This document shows, in pieces, positions 1 to 13,477 of a stretch of 64,000 nt of DNA. The DNA is from Cycas panzhihuaensis (lineage: Eukaryota; Plantae; Cycadophyta): assembly GCA_023213395.1 (NCBI GenBank), contig CM041465.1, forward strand, positions 137,585,741 through 137,649,740, written 5' to 3'. The position numbers were made by a program, and so were the translations under genes. The notes under the pieces are model-generated. The model saw only the letters and a program-made list of their open reading frames with translations, ran no database searches and had not been told where the DNA came from. Each line of letters begins with the position of its first letter. The first letter of the stretch is position 1.

Positions 1-2560
1 CGTCAACGATAAAGAAAGGCTTACCCTTCGCAGGAGGTTGGGTAAGCGCCCTTCAGAAATCGTAATGACCAGGATGTACGGGAATGGCCTTGGGAAAAAG
101 TGGCACTTCCGGAGGAGAGTTTTCCAGAAGAGGATTGGAGTGTGAGGCAGAAGAAGAGGCACCAACTGCCTCTTTAGCAATTTGAGACTAAGTAAGGGCA
201 TACAAAGGAGTAGCCTCAAGCATTTAGATCACCTTCTTTCCCTTATTCCGGGACCGCGAAGGTGATGGAGTACATCAGTTAAGGGAACGAGAGGAAGAGG
301 ACGAATCCTGAGCGCCCTTCTCTTTATCGCGGGTAGGACAGGAATTCGGGGATCTTCCCCGGCTCTGATTGTTTTTGGGCTGAGTGTTACGATCGCGTTC
401 CCCATGTTTGGGGAACGGATCCTTGTGGACCGGTTGGTTTGGATTAGGCCTTGAGGCCTGTTTAGGGGATGAGTCATATTGAGGGGCATCCATGAGATGT
501 TGGGCCCTACAACATGAGTCATCATGGAAGCACTCCCCATGAATGGAACACCACTTCTTCTCAAGCAAAGAATCTGTCTTCCTTGCTTGAGAGGACTGGG
601 TGTTACCATTCCTAGGGAGGGAAGCTTGAGTAGCTTGTTGGATTTGTTTGTTAGAAGTTGGTGATAAAGGAGCTTATAGTTTGAGTTCTTTCATCATACG
701 TTCAAGTGAGCGTATAGCGGATGTAAGTGGGTCTAAAGTCTTCTCAGTTGGATGAGAAGAAGACCTAGAAGATTGTTGAGGTTTAATATCTTTAGTTGGA
801 GGTGGTGCCTCACGTCGCTATGAAGGCTTGAGAGGCTTCTTGAGTCCAACCTAGATCTTAATAGCCTCAAGTGCTAAGTACTTTGCAATAACGGAGTCAC
901 ATGTAGTTGCCCCCATTTTAAGGACTTCTACGTGGACTTCAAGGCGAAGTGCATTAACGAAGAGATCCCTCTTCAACTCCTCAGGGAACGTAGCCTTAGT
1001 GGAATGAAGAAGGTCATGGAACCACCACACAAAGTCATGATTCATCTCGTCGTGACCTTGTTTGAGCGATAAAAGAGATCTCATTCCACTTTCAAATGGG
1101 CGAGCAACATCAAAATAATTGATGAACTCGTCCATAAGTTACTGGAACGAAAAAATGGAATGAGCTAGAAGACGATAAAACCACTTAAGGGCATCGCCTT
1201 GTAAAGATCAAGGGAATAGTTTAATTAAGATGTGGTCATAGGCCCAGTAATCAATACATGCCATAGAGAAACTACGAATGTGCTCCGTTGGGTCTTGTGA
1301 GGAAGTTCCGTCAAATTTAGGAACTTCGAGAGGATGAGGTGACAGATTGGTTCTTAATGCCTCAACAGATAGTGGTGTTGATCTATAGTCCATGAAGGGA
1401 CAGGCCCTTGCCTGGACTGTAAGATCGACGAATGATGTAGTAGGTAGTGAACAAGGAATGGATGGGGGTGACAAACCTATCTCTCCTTGAGGAAATGCCC
1501 CTTGTTGGAAGGGGGCTTGAGGATAAGTGCCTTGAAAGGGAGTTGGGTTCCCTTGCGAGGGCACAGCAAAAGAGGCTACTCTAGATGGTGGAAAAGGAGG
1601 GTGTGGAACCAGGTTTTGTCTGTATGGGCCACCCGTGGGTGGTGCAACCCCATATGGATGTAGCGGGTCCACCCCGTAAGCTGGAATATGATTCCCTTTA
1701 CCTTGCCCCCAAGGTTGAGAAGTATAACCTGGGGGTATGTAAAGAGAAGGACCATGGGATTGGTTTTAAAGATATGTGGGAGTGGGTCCCACACGACTAG
1801 TGGTAGAAGCGTTAGCAGACCCCCTAGGCGTACTAGGAAACATATGTGCCACATTAGGAGGTGGCATATTGGCTTGACTCAGAAAAGGTATGCTAACCCC
1901 AAGCTGGGAGAAATACATACCTTGAGAGGGTCCCAAAGAGCTAGGACCATGACGAGGAACGGAAGGCGCAACATGTGTCCCCAAAACAGTTGTACGGATG
2001 GAGTGGGACAAATATGTAGACACGAAAGGATTAGTCATTACAGGAGGTGTAGATGCGGATGAAGAAAGTGGGAGAGGAGCGAACGAGGAAAACGCTCCAC
2101 AACGAAAAGCATCTTTAAACCATCTAGGACAAGGTTGAAGACGAGCAGCTCGAAAGCACTCGTTAAGAGCTTCAACCACGTCAGCAGAAGGGGTATCAAC
2201 ATGATCATAAGAAGTAGATGGGACTTCAAATGAAGTAGACCCCTCAGGGAACTCCTCATAAGAATCACCAACTGGATGGTAAATCTCAAGAGGAGATGGT
2301 CCTTCTACCATATGAGTAGAAGGATGGGTGTCAAGTGGGTGACGTTGGTCACCCGGGTAGTAAATAGGATCATCACCCTCTTGGGTGGATCCCAGAATAG
2401 ATGTGGGAAACTCATGAGTTCCTGAGACCAAGGTGTGATAGGCCCAATCGGAGGGGTATCCTTCCATGGTCGAATTGGAATCTGACGATGAAAGAGGACG
2501 ATACCTGGGATCTTCTAACAATGGAGGCAAATCACATAGGCAATGAGAGAAGCATCGCAT
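1..2560 (-). pseudogene. gag: Disrupted gag of element A (Pro-rich N-terminus, retrotransposon gag core, CX2HX4HX4C knuckle)
   Basis: ORFs 1766-2560, 1208-1672, 851-1135 and 275-568 are successive pieces broken by stops and frameshifts; homologous to 6114-8640. Confidence 0.85.
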
Positions 2561-2708
2561 ACAAAGCTTTCCAACACTTTAGAAGAAGGAAAGAGCCACA
2601 AGGAGTGCACGTTGGGGGCTGCCCAACGAAGGAGATAAAGAGAAAGGAACCACTAGAAGGTAGTAATATCAACAGGAAGGGATGAGAACTAGCTCCCTTA
2701 CTGGCAAG

Positions 2709-2726
2709 TCCCCAGTATGGTCGCCA
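2709..2726 (-). promoter_or_regulatory. Primer-binding site of element A (TGGCGACCATACTGGGGA, tRNA-Arg-like)
   Basis: Identical to the PBS of B; one base after a CA LTR end at 2728 on the minus strand. Confidence 0.85.
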
Positions 2727-3362
2727 GTGGATGCGCATCTACGGAATAATCACCTAGCTGAGTAGAAATAGTGAGGATGATCGATAACGGTATCGAGGGT
2801 GCAGATAGAAACCTACAAGCGAAACGAGTACCATGCAGGGCGCCCCATGTGCTGGAGCATGAGTTCGGGACCTGCGGATGATATCCAACTACTTAAGAGT
2901 GGTTCCCCACCTCAAAGAGAAAGGGGGAAAGTGAGAGAAGTAGCCTGGATAGACTTAGGAAGAAAGTCCTCCCACCCTTGGATGGTCGGAAGGGGAGGAA
3001 GAGAATCCCCAAGGGTTTCCCTATGACGGAGGGAAACAAGCGGGAGTAAGGTAAGTGATAGCCTATGGTGCGACTAGGATCTTCTCGATTATTTGATTGA
3101 GCAAATATAGCCGAGAAGAGGAGAAGGGAGCGGGAGTAGACAACAATCCCAAAATCTCCCTTAATGATTCGGCCAAGAAGGCGAGAGTGATGTGGCATAT
3201 GCAAGCAAATAAAACCAAACAAAGAAAACAAGCCAAAAGGGGCGAGGATTGGTTTTGCAAGCTGAAGAAAAGACGAAGGAAAAATCTCCTAAAGTCTTTT
3301 CTCAGAGTGAATGTGGTGCGTAATGTGTAAATATATAAATGCGAGTAAAAGATATTAATTTC

Positions 3363-5941
3363 GGTTTCCCAGCTACTGGGAATGGACTCGAGACGCATCG
3401 ACGCAGGTTTGTTTAGGTATACTTTCTTGCCTTTTCTTGCCCATGCTTGATTGAGGTTATTTAGAGTAGGTTGCTTGACATATGCCTACCTGTACACATT
3501 GCTTTTCTGCTTGCTCATAATGCATGTGCTTACGGCATACCATCAGCTTATGACGACTCGCAACGGGGGCATTCCTCAGCGAATGCTACACCCCGTATGG
3601 CGCACAGTCACCCACGTTGTCTCCACGGTCTCCTGGGATGTTTCTGCCAGTCCTATATGCTCTCGTTACAACGTGTTGCTTATGTTACAGTCCTTCCTAA
3701 GCCTGATTTAATCCTTAGTTAGGACTCTTTGCATTGTTTGGGTACTTGCCCATTACCTGGGCACTCCCCCAACTGCTCTGACTTATGTTTAGCCTTGTTT
3801 TTACCCTAAAACTTGATATTTCTGCTTATTTTTCTCTTTTTTTTGTTTCGATGACATCTGCAAATTTAGCGATCAAGATTTGGTCGCAGATCGCAGTTTG
3901 CCGCAGACGATCGCTTGAAATTTAAAAAAAAGAGAACCATGCGACAGTTTCCGTTTTTTCACGGAACTGTCGCGTGGCGTTGGTTGATTCGAATCGCCCT
4001 GACATCCCCAACATTCACCTGCTGTGAACAAGGGATAAAGGGGATTTTGCCCCCCATTTTTTAGATCTTTTGGCCATTTTTCAAATCTCTTGGAAGAATT
4101 TCTAACTTTCACATAAGAAAACACACAGAAAAGACAAACTACATACACAGCAACTGGACAAAGGAGAAGAGGATTGCTATTAGCTAGACTTGCAGGGCCA
4201 TTGCTGCCCCCCTACAGCTCTCCACAGCAAGCCCCATCTTTCTTTGCAGGTGCTCAAGGATCCAAGTGACTTCTTCACCCAAAAGCTACCTCAAGAACCA
4301 ACTTTGAAGGCTCCAAACTTGCAAGGAGTTTTTCTTCATTCTCACTCTTGCAAGGACCACTCATGATTAGTCCCTATACGTTGTTTATTGCTACTGTTCT
4401 TATCAGCGAAGTGCATGCTTGATCTTCCTCATACAAGTTACTTCTTGTTTTACTTGCAATCTATTTTATTCCTATTTCTTTTGTTCATTAATGAACGAGA
4501 TCCTAGTTAGCTAATTTTCCTAATAGAGTTGCACTAGATTAGTGATACCCTCCCGTTGCTTTTTCCTGTAAGCCTCTCTATTTTCCTTAAACTGTCTCTT
4601 CCACCCCTTCCTTAGTTAGCCGGTGTAAAGGAGTACATACGAGGATTTGAGGGAGGTAGGCGGGGTTCCGTCCCCCATTGTTGTCCTTCTCCCTAAGGGT
4701 TCTGTCCCTTGTCCTCTTTCCCTGTGCCATCCGTGCTTTCTTAGGGAACGAGCTAAAGGAGTTTAGGGGATTTAGTTAGGGTGTTCCGATTAGCATAGGC
4801 AACTTGTCACTACGTCATTGTCAGAAGTCTCACTCGTTTGTGTTGGACCCTACGTGAGCTCCAGTTCTCTTTTTTTATATTATTCCTTCCCTTGTCACGG
4901 TTTGTTGTTTCACTACCTTATTGCCAACTAGTTCTTCTTCCTCGAGTTCCGTGGAGGTCTCCCGTGGGTGAGTTAGCCATCCCGAGGCTATACTCCTTTC
5001 CCTTTCAAGTGTTTTCGCGGTGCATGGTGGTGAGAACGTTTCTTATATATCGCCATTTCGTTTGGTTATATTCCATTGCTTAGCTTAGATCTTAATTTCA
5101 TTTGATTTCAATTTATGTATATATTTCTTGGTATATCTTGTGGCCTCTCTTCGGAGAGGAAGGTGTCCTTCTTACCTATTTGCAGGATCGCGCATTGGTG
5201 GAGTGATATGCGGGATGAGCCCGTTGCAGGTTAGTTCCCTGCGTAGTGCATTTCTTTCTTTAGTTTCAAGTTTTTTTCGTTCCTTTCCATTTCATTTGCT
5301 TTTGCATGCTTAAGGGGAGGTAAGTAAACCCCTCTTCCATCCCTTCCGGTAATTACCGCCGATCGGCATTGCATGCACGACAAACGGAGAAGGAAGGAGC
5401 GGGACTTAGAGAGATGAGCCACACCTCCATCTAGGCGTCGGGTCCAAGTATTCCCCTTGCTTCCTGTGTATCCCCTTTTACATTGTTACCTTTTATGCAA
5501 TTGCCTGAGTAGTTAGGAAATTGTAAAAGAATATAAAGGAAAAAGGAAAAGCACATTCATCTTTTACATTATTTCTTGTTTTATCTAGCATAGCATAGCA
5601 TAGATAGCTTGCTCGCGTCGTATTCGAGCTGCCCCTCCATTGCACCTTTTTCGCATTTGCCTGCACATTAGTTAGCTCCCCTTCCATCTGTTGCCTTCTC
5701 ATTGCCTTGAGAAGACGCAACGCGCAAGGCATTCTCTCTCCTTCCCGGCCATCCGAAGGGTAGGAAGGCTTTGCTTTGCACAGCTACCTGGAAGCAACCA
5801 GGCACCTTGCAGTCCTAAATCCGTGCTCCGGCACACGGATGCCCTGCGAGGTGAGGTCCTCGCTGCCTAGCTTAGTTAGCATAGCGTATTCTTATATCCT
5901 TTTGCTAGACGTAGGATCATCACCCTGTAGCGAGCATTTCA
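3363..5941 (+). repeat. 5' LTR of element B (~2.58 kb)
   Basis: Collinear with 17417-19983. Starts GGTTTCCC (TG mutated to GG) and ends TTTCA before the PBS. Confidence 0.93.
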
Positions 5942-5942
5942 C

Positions 5943-5960
5943 TGGCGACCATACTGGGGA
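5943..5960 (+). promoter_or_regulatory. Primer-binding site of element B (TGGCGACCATACTGGGGA, tRNA-Arg-like)
   Basis: TGG one base after the LTR end; resembles the tRNA-Arg PBS (TGGCGACTCCACTGGGGA) typical of Tat/Ogre elements. Confidence 0.88.
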
Positions 5961-6113
5961 CTGCCAGTAAGGGAGCTAGATTCGCTTCCCCTTTTGTTGG
6001 TGTTCTTGCCCCTAGGTAGTCTCCTATCCTGTATTTCAGTTGGGCAACCCCCAACGTGCTTGTATTATTTTCTTCTTTTCATTTTCTTTTAACAATGCTC
6101 GCAAAGGCGTTGC

Positions 6114-8440
6114 ATGCGACGTTTCTCACGTCACTTGCGAGGTCTGCCGCCGTTGTTAGAAGACCAATCGCCTCGATCCCTTCCGTCGTCGAACCCCGAT
6201 TCGACAATGGAAGGTTACCCGGCCGATTGGGCTTACCATACCATGGCTTCGGGAACTCAAGAGTTTCCCTCATCTGTTCTGGAATCCGCCCATAGGGGCA
6301 ATGATTCCATCTACTATCCAGATGACCAGTTTCACCCTGCTGACTTTCACCCTTCCGCTCATGCAGCGGAAGATTCGGCCCCTCACGAGACTCACCACTC
6401 TACTGGTGAGCCTTACGAGGAGCGTCCTGAGGGATCCCCTACTTTCGAGATCCCATCGACTTTGTATGGCTATGAGGATACCCCTCCCGCTAACGTAGTC
6501 AAAGCGCTCAGCGAGTACTTCCGAACGACTCGCCGCCAACCGCATCTTAAGTGGTTCGAAGAAATGTTGTGCAACGCAGCATCTTCTTCATCCATCCCTG
6601 CGCCTCATATAACGATTGATGCTTCTGCCTGCGCACACTCGTCCTATGCCATGTCTACCCTAGCTCCCAGGGCAAGCGTTACGCCGCCTACTTCTAGCCG
6701 TGGTCCTACTTCTTCAGGACCCGTTCGTGGTATGTCCTTTCCCCAACTCAGGGTTAGTATGCCGTTTCCGAGTCAAACACATGAGCCGCCTTCGAACGTG
6801 GCACACGCGTTTCCTAGTAGGCCTCGAGGCCCTACTAGTGCTGCTGCCGTCAACTATGTAGGACCCACTCCTACATACGTTCAAAACTCTACTGGTGGTC
6901 CTTCCCTTTACGTGCCCCCAGGTTACACGTCTCAACCTTGGGGGCAAGGTAGGGGAAACCATCTTCCTGCTTATGGGGTGGACCCGTTGCACCCATATGG
7001 AGTTGCGCCACCTACGGGTGGCCCATATGGGCAAAACCTGGTCCCTCACCCTTCATTTCTGCGATCTAGCGTGACTCTCGTTGTCGCACCTTCGCAAGGG
7101 AACATACCTCCCTTCTAGAGCGTTTACCCGTAACCCCCTTTCCAACAAGGGGCGTTTCCCCAAGGAGGGATGGGTTTACCACCTCCATCCATTCCTTTAC
7201 CGATCGTCAATCCGTTAGCCCATGTGAGGACACATCCTTTCATGGACTATAGGTCGACGCCATTGTCTATTGAGGCGCTAAGGACCAACCTGTAGCCTCA
7301 CCCTCCTAAAGTTCCTAAATTCGATGGAACTTCGTCGCAAGACCCTACCGAGCACGTACGTAGTTTCTCTATGGCGTGCATCAATTATTGGGCTTACGAC
7401 CATATTCTGATGAAGTTATTTTCGCGATCTTTGTAGGGCGACACCCTCAAGTGGTTCTACCATCTCCCTGCTAATTCGATTTCTTCGTTCCAGCAATTGG
7501 TGGATGAGTTCGTCAACTATTTTGACGTAGCCCGTCCATTCGAAAGCGAAATGAAAGCGCTTATGTCACTTAAACAAGGTCACGATGAAATGAATCGTGA
7601 CTTTGTGTGATGCTTTTATGATCTCCTTCACTCTACCAAGGCCACGTTGCCTGAAGAGTTGAAGCGAGATCTCTTCATCAATGCACTTCGCCCCGAAGTG
7701 CATGTGGAAGTCCTTAAGATGGGGGCAACCACATGCGACTCCACGATTACAAGGTGCTTGGCGTTGGAGGCCATTGAAATACAAGCTAGACTCAAGAAAC
7801 CTCCTAAGCCCTCACAATGTCGTGAGGCGCCTCCCCCAGCGAAGGAAACCAAACCTTCACAGCCCGCTAGGCCCACCTCTCATCCGACTGAGAGGACCCT
7901 AGATCCTCTCACCTCTACTATTCGCTCATTTGAGCGCACGATGAAGGAGCTTAAACTCTAACCTCCTTCATCGCCGACCTTTCATAAACCAGTTCAGCAA
8001 GCTTCTCGTGCGATGCCCCCCAAAGGGGGTAACACTCAACCTTCTCAAGCAAGGAGGATTGATCATCCCCTTAAGAAGAGGTGGTGTTCCATCCACAGGG
8101 AGTGTTTCCATGACGATTCGCGTTGTCCAAGAAGACCCACGCCGACGCCCGCCGTGATTCGTCCCCTAGGCAGGCATCGAGGCCTAACCTTGATCAACCC
8201 GTTCATAGAGACCCATTCCCCAAACATGGGGAACATGGTCGTGATGTTCAGCAAAGGAACAATCAGAATCGGGATAGATCCCCCGATTCTCGCCCTTCGC
8301 ATGGTAGAGAGAAGGGTGTGCGAAGGCCATCTTCCCCTTTGCGCTCCCCTGACCGCCATGCTCCATCACCTTCGCGGTCCCGTAACAAGGGAAAGATGGT
8401 GATCCAAATGCTTAAGACCACTCCCCTTTACGCGTTGACC
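6114..8440 (+). pseudogene. gag: gag of element B, disrupted
   Basis: 334-aa Pro-rich ORF from 6114, then gag core (VPKFDGTSSQDPTEHVRSF, WAYDHILMKLF, LKRDLFINALR) and WCSIHRECFHDDSRC knuckle; in-frame stops. Confidence 0.88.
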
Positions 8441-8639
8441 TAGTCTCAAGTCGCAAAGGAGGCAACAGGTGCCTCCGCATCCACCTCGCAACTTGATCCT
8501 CCTCCAGAGGCCATTCCTTCAGAGATTCCCGTACTTCCCAAGAGTGTTCCCATCTGTCCCGGTAGATTCGACTTTAGGAGAGCCCTTACCCAACCCACAG
8601 GGAGGGGTAAGCCCTTCTCCGTAGTCGAAGAGCTTCTCA

Positions 8640-9300
8640 CTGTGGTTGCCGGGATGTCCATCATGGACGTCTTGAGAAGTTGCCCCGAGCAGCGAGCGCT
8701 CCTCTTGGAAGCTCTAGGATCGAATGACGCGTCCGTTCATGCCTTGGGCACAACCCAAAGCTGTGAACCTGTCATCTCCTTCGATCCCAGAGATCTTCCC
8801 GCATCTAGTGGAAGGGAACGCCAATGGAACTTCCCTTTCACCATTACCATAGATACTCCTGATTGCACGTTGTGAAGAACCGTCATGGACAACGGTTCTT
8901 CCGTGAATGCCATGCCCTTGCGCGTTATGCAAGAGCTTGGCATTTTCGCCTTGGAACCTATTCCATGGCGTTGTCAGGGTTATGATGGTAGCGAGAAGAC
9001 TCCCTTGGGATCTGTTTCGATATCCCTTACTCTCGAGGACAAGACTGTCATTACTGACATCGTCGTCCTCGATGTTGATGTTGATTACAACTTGCTTCTG
9101 GGTCGACCATGACTTGACCAAATGGGAGCCGTGTGTTCCACTCGTTGGGGGCAACTTAAATTTGTCCATAACGGGCAAATGAAAGTTGTCTCCTGCGAGC
9201 GATCACTCGCCAAACAAGCTAGGCCTTCGCTGCAAAAGCCATGGCCATACGAAGGGAAACAAATGCCCTTCCGACCATGTCTCGGCTTACTCCATTGGAA
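8640..9300 (+). pseudogene. pol: Aspartic protease of element B
   Basis: VMDNGSSVNAMP catalytic motif and DYNLLLGRP motif (ORF 8885-9112). Confidence 0.88.
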
Positions 9301-9989
9301 TCCACGATTCCTCTTACCGTGAAGAAGATCCCATATCTTCTTCTCTTGATTTGACGCGTTTCACCCCCATTAGTGTCAGGAGCTATGGGTACCTCGCCAT
9401 GTTTGACGATGACGGGTCCCATAGCGAGGATGAGGATCGTCCTCACCCAGTTTCATTTCTCTGCACTAGTGTGGGGCATCCTCCTAATCTTAGGTCTCCT
9501 CCTATGACCCCTTTTGTTATGGAGCTTGGTCATTTTCACATGTCATATGACATTGCGCATGTTGATCATCACGTTTCTGGCTCTTCCATCCCATCACCTC
9601 CCGTAGGTGATGATATTGAGAGTTTCCCTCTTGCTTTTTACAAGGGACCTCTCCTTGACTCTCCTTCAGAGTCTCTTAGGGATGATGGGCGCCTTCGTGC
9701 CATACCACCCTATCGCTCCCACGCTATCCCGCGCCTCGTCTATTCGAAGTCAGGTCATCCATAGGGTGGACTACTTCGAAGACGATGAGCCTTTGTTGGA
9801 ACACTTAGCAGGTTCCATGCCTAGTTTACCTCCTGGTCACCACAAGCTTGGCCACCAGAAGGTCTTAGCGATTGGGTCCACATTAGCTAACCCAATCCCT
9901 TCTTCCGTTTCGTCTCTTCTGGTCGATCATGCCCCCCTCCATTCGAGGAGGGGAATGCCATGTGCATGGGGGCAACTTAGGACAACGTC

Positions 9990-11400
9990 CTTGCCTCGGA
10001 CAAGGTCATCAAGGTAGGAGCGGAATGTACTCCTGACGAAGTGAGGGAATACTCCCTCATGTTCCAGGAATTCTGTGATGTATTCGCATAGGACTACTCG
10101 GGCATGAAGGGCATTGACCCCTCCATCGTCACCCATAACCCACGACTGCCTCGACGCCGCCCGGTGCGTCGAGCGGCGTCTTCACCTAAGCTTTCACCGC
10201 CATTAAGATGGAGGTTGAGAAGCTTACGGATGCGGACTCGTTTCTTCCATCGATTACCCTAAGTGGGTATCGAATATCGTTCCCGTTGCTAAGAAGAACG
10301 GGACCATTCGTATTTGTGTCGATTTTCGCGACATAAACAACGCTTGTCCTAAGGACAACTTTCCTCTTCTCTTCATTAATCAAATAATCGATCGTACGGA
10401 TGGATTCGAAGTTATGTCCTTGATGGACGGCTTCTCCGACTATAACCAGATTCAGATTTCTCCTGAAGACCGCCATAACACGGCCTTCACTATGCCATGG
10501 GGTGCCTTTGCCTACAAGGTAATGCCCTTTGGTCTTAAGAATGCAGGGGCTACTTATCAAAGAGCCATGCATTTTATTTTTCATGACCTCATCAACAATA
10601 TGTTGGAGGTTTTCATGGACGATATGATGGGCCTTCCGCGTACCAGAGCCCATCATCCCTTCGACTTGCACGCCATCTTCACAAGATGCCACAAGTATCA
10701 CGTTAGTCTAAACCCACTGAAATGTGTGTTTGTCGTCACTTCAGGCAAACTCTTGGGTTTCCTCATGTCCCAACAAGGAATCCAAATCGATCCAGAAAAA
10801 GTCAAGGCAATCCTTGACATGCCGCCGCCTAGGACCCAACAACAAATTAAGTCATTTCTAGGCAGGCTTGGTTTTCTGAGGCGTTTCTTGGCAAATTTCG
10901 CCATAAACGCCAAGCCTCTTACGAACCTATTGAAGAAAGGAGCTCCTTTTGTTTGGTCGGACAAGACCCAAAAGGCCTTCATAGGACTCAAGGAAGCTCT
11001 CATTTCTGCCCCTACACTAGCGCCTCCTCGCTTTGATAGGCCCTTCATTCTATATATCTCAGCAACCGACGAATCCCTGGGCGCAATGATCGCACAGGAG
11101 GACGATTCAAGAACCGAGAGGGCTATTTATTTCATCCGCCGTACTCTCGTTGCCATTGAATTAAACTATCCCCCCGCCGAAAAGGAATGCCTCTCCTTGG
11201 TCCATGCGACCAAGAAGTTTAGGCATTACTTGCTAAGAATACAACCAAGGTGATCGTTTAATCAGATCCTCATGCGTTACTTACTGCTCGGGACTTGGCG
11301 GTAGGGCAGGTCGTTGGGCCGTCCTGCTTCAAGAGTTCGACTTGCAAGTCATCAACAGGAATTCGAAGAAGGGAATGATAGTAGCAGAGCAATTAGCCGA
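9990..11400 (+). pseudogene. pol: Reverse transcriptase and degenerate Gypsy RNase H of element B
   Basis: MDGFSDYNQI, VMPFGLKNAGATYQR, VFMDDM, SGKLLGF; RNase H region reads LYISATDESLGA, with the catalytic Asp replaced by Ser. Confidence 0.92.
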
Positions 11401-11499
11401 TGCTGCCATTCCCAACACGAGCGGCGTTCCTATTGACGACTCTTTCTTGGACGAGTCTATCATGACCATCCACGATGCTTCTCCTCACCCACTCGCCGA

Positions 11500-12752
11500 C
11501 AGTGAGTGGTATGGTAACATTGTGCCATATCTCACTCAACAAGAATATCGCTCAGAAGCAAGTAACAAGGTTAGGTTGCGTATCTGCGCCACTGCTAGGC
11601 AACACTTCCTCGCGGATGAAGTGTTGTACAAGAGATCCTTTAATAGGATCCTGCTTCGCTACGTCACTCCTGATGAAGCGGACCAAATACTCCGCGAATG
11701 CCATCATGGCATTTGTGGAGGCCACTTTGGGGGCCAATCCATGGCCCAAAGGATCCTCTGCATGGGTTATTACTGGCCGTCCTTGTTCAAGGATGCCCAC
11801 GCCTGTGCCCTTAGATGTCGGCGATGTCAGGAGCACGCCAATGTCTCCCACGTACCTTCCGAGGTGTTGCATCCTATTGTGTCTCCATGGCCCTTTTCTC
11901 AATGGGGCTTAGACCTCATTAGGGCTATATTGTCGCCATCTTCCGCACAACATAAATATATCTTAACCGCTACCGAATACTTCACTAAATGGGCAGAGGC
12001 AATCCCCCTGTCCACTACCCCTGGCAAGACGATAGCCACCTTCGCTCACCAAAGATATTATCTATCATTTTGGGATTCCAGATGTCCTAATTACGGATAA
12101 TGGAACTTCCTTCTGTAATAAGGAAATGGATGAATTATGCGAGAAATTCAAGATCTCGTATAAGACGTCATCCCCTTATTACCCCCAAGCAAACGGGCAA
12201 GTTGAATCTTTCAACAAAACGCTCGTCAGCATTTTAAAGAAAACCGTCACCCAGTCTCAAAGAGACTGGCACATCCAACTCCCTTCCGCCCTGTGGGCTT
12301 ATCGCACTTCCATCTGCACGGCTACCGGAATGACCCTATTCTCGTTAGTCTACGGAGCCGAGGCGATACTCCCACTGGAAGTGGAGATCCCCTCTCTTCG
12401 AGTTTCTCTTCGAGGCCTTATTGACAAGGAGTCTATTCACCAGGCTCGCCTCCTAGACCTCGAAGCCATGGATGAGAGGCACTTAACGGCTTATGAAGTG
12501 AACCTCGCTTCGAAAGCCCGCTTGCAAAGGACACACGACAAACGTCTTCATGCTCGTCCTTTGTGCCACGGGGACCACGCCCTTAAATTGGAGTACCTTT
12601 ACGATCGTTTGGCCAAATTCGGGCCCAAATGGGTAGGCTCCTTCGTTGTTCATGAAAGCCTCGATAACGACGCCTACAGGATCGCCACCTTAGATGGCTT
12701 AGAATTTGAGAAAACGGTCAACGGAAAATTCCTTAAGAAGTTTTACGCGTGA
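11500..12752 (+). pseudogene. pol: Integrase of element B
   Basis: HHGICGGH...CRRCQ zinc finger, PWPFSQWGLD, SSPYYPQANGQVE, C-terminal GPKWVGSF...VNGKFLKKFYA; one frameshift near 12050-12100. Confidence 0.92.
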
Positions 12753-13285
12753 TCTTTCCGCTTTTTTCTCCGCCATGCTCTAAAACGAGCCTAAACTACC
12801 ATTTTAAATTGTTCCCATTCCTCTCAACCACGGGTAGAATCGTAATTTAAGATGGATTTTCGCTTCTTCTTCTTGTTCCTCCCGCGGAACCTGCGTTCCC
12901 GTATGCTCTCGGGAACCTTTGTCCTCCTATTTGGGCATTCCCCGACTAGGACGACGCTGTGGAGTATTGTCACTCCCTTCTCCTGCCTGTTGTTTCCTTC
13001 GCATATTCTGCTATGCTCCCCCGTGAACGTGCATGTCGCTCTATTTCTAACCTCACACCTCTCGATCACGTCTGCTTACAGTGGATGTGTGTGCTCCTGT
13101 TAGACATATAGCCATACATGGAAGGAAACACATGCATATTACAACCAAATACTTACAACAAAACATATTTACATATTTACATTTACAACATACAAAATAT
13201 TCATTTACAAAAGTAAACCATACATGCTATCTCTAGCATACATGATACACACCATTTCATGTCAAAATGGGGTTCCAATTACCCC

Positions 13286-13286
<1 letters not shown>

Positions 13287-13344
<58 letters not shown>
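13287..13344. repeat. (TA)29 microsatellite
   Basis: Read directly from the sequence. Confidence 0.95.
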
Positions 13345-13349
<5 letters not shown>

Positions 13350-13477
13350 CAAAATGTCATGGTATATCATGCGTGTGGGAAGCTGGGATCCTTGCAGGGG
13401 AGGGTACAATCATGTGAGCCTACATATGACCCCCTAGAGGCCCGCGCTTTCCCGTCAAAACCATATTTACATCTCAT

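Larger units (their letters stand above)
1..3357 (-). mobile_element. Element A: Tat-like Gypsy LTR retrotransposon, 5' part (LTR end, PBS, gag); continues off the left edge of the window
   Basis: Minus-strand ORF fragments are near-collinear with the gag of element B (MRCFSHCLCDLPPLLED, WAYDHILIKLFP, KWCSIHGECFHDDSCC). Same PBS as B. Its LTR is interrupted by B at the ATTTC TSD. Confidence 0.85.

Noticed and set aside
3451-5970. Short ORFs within the B LTRs (also 17503-20021)
   Set aside because: No domain similarity; they recur only because the LTR is duplicated, and their ends differ between copies.
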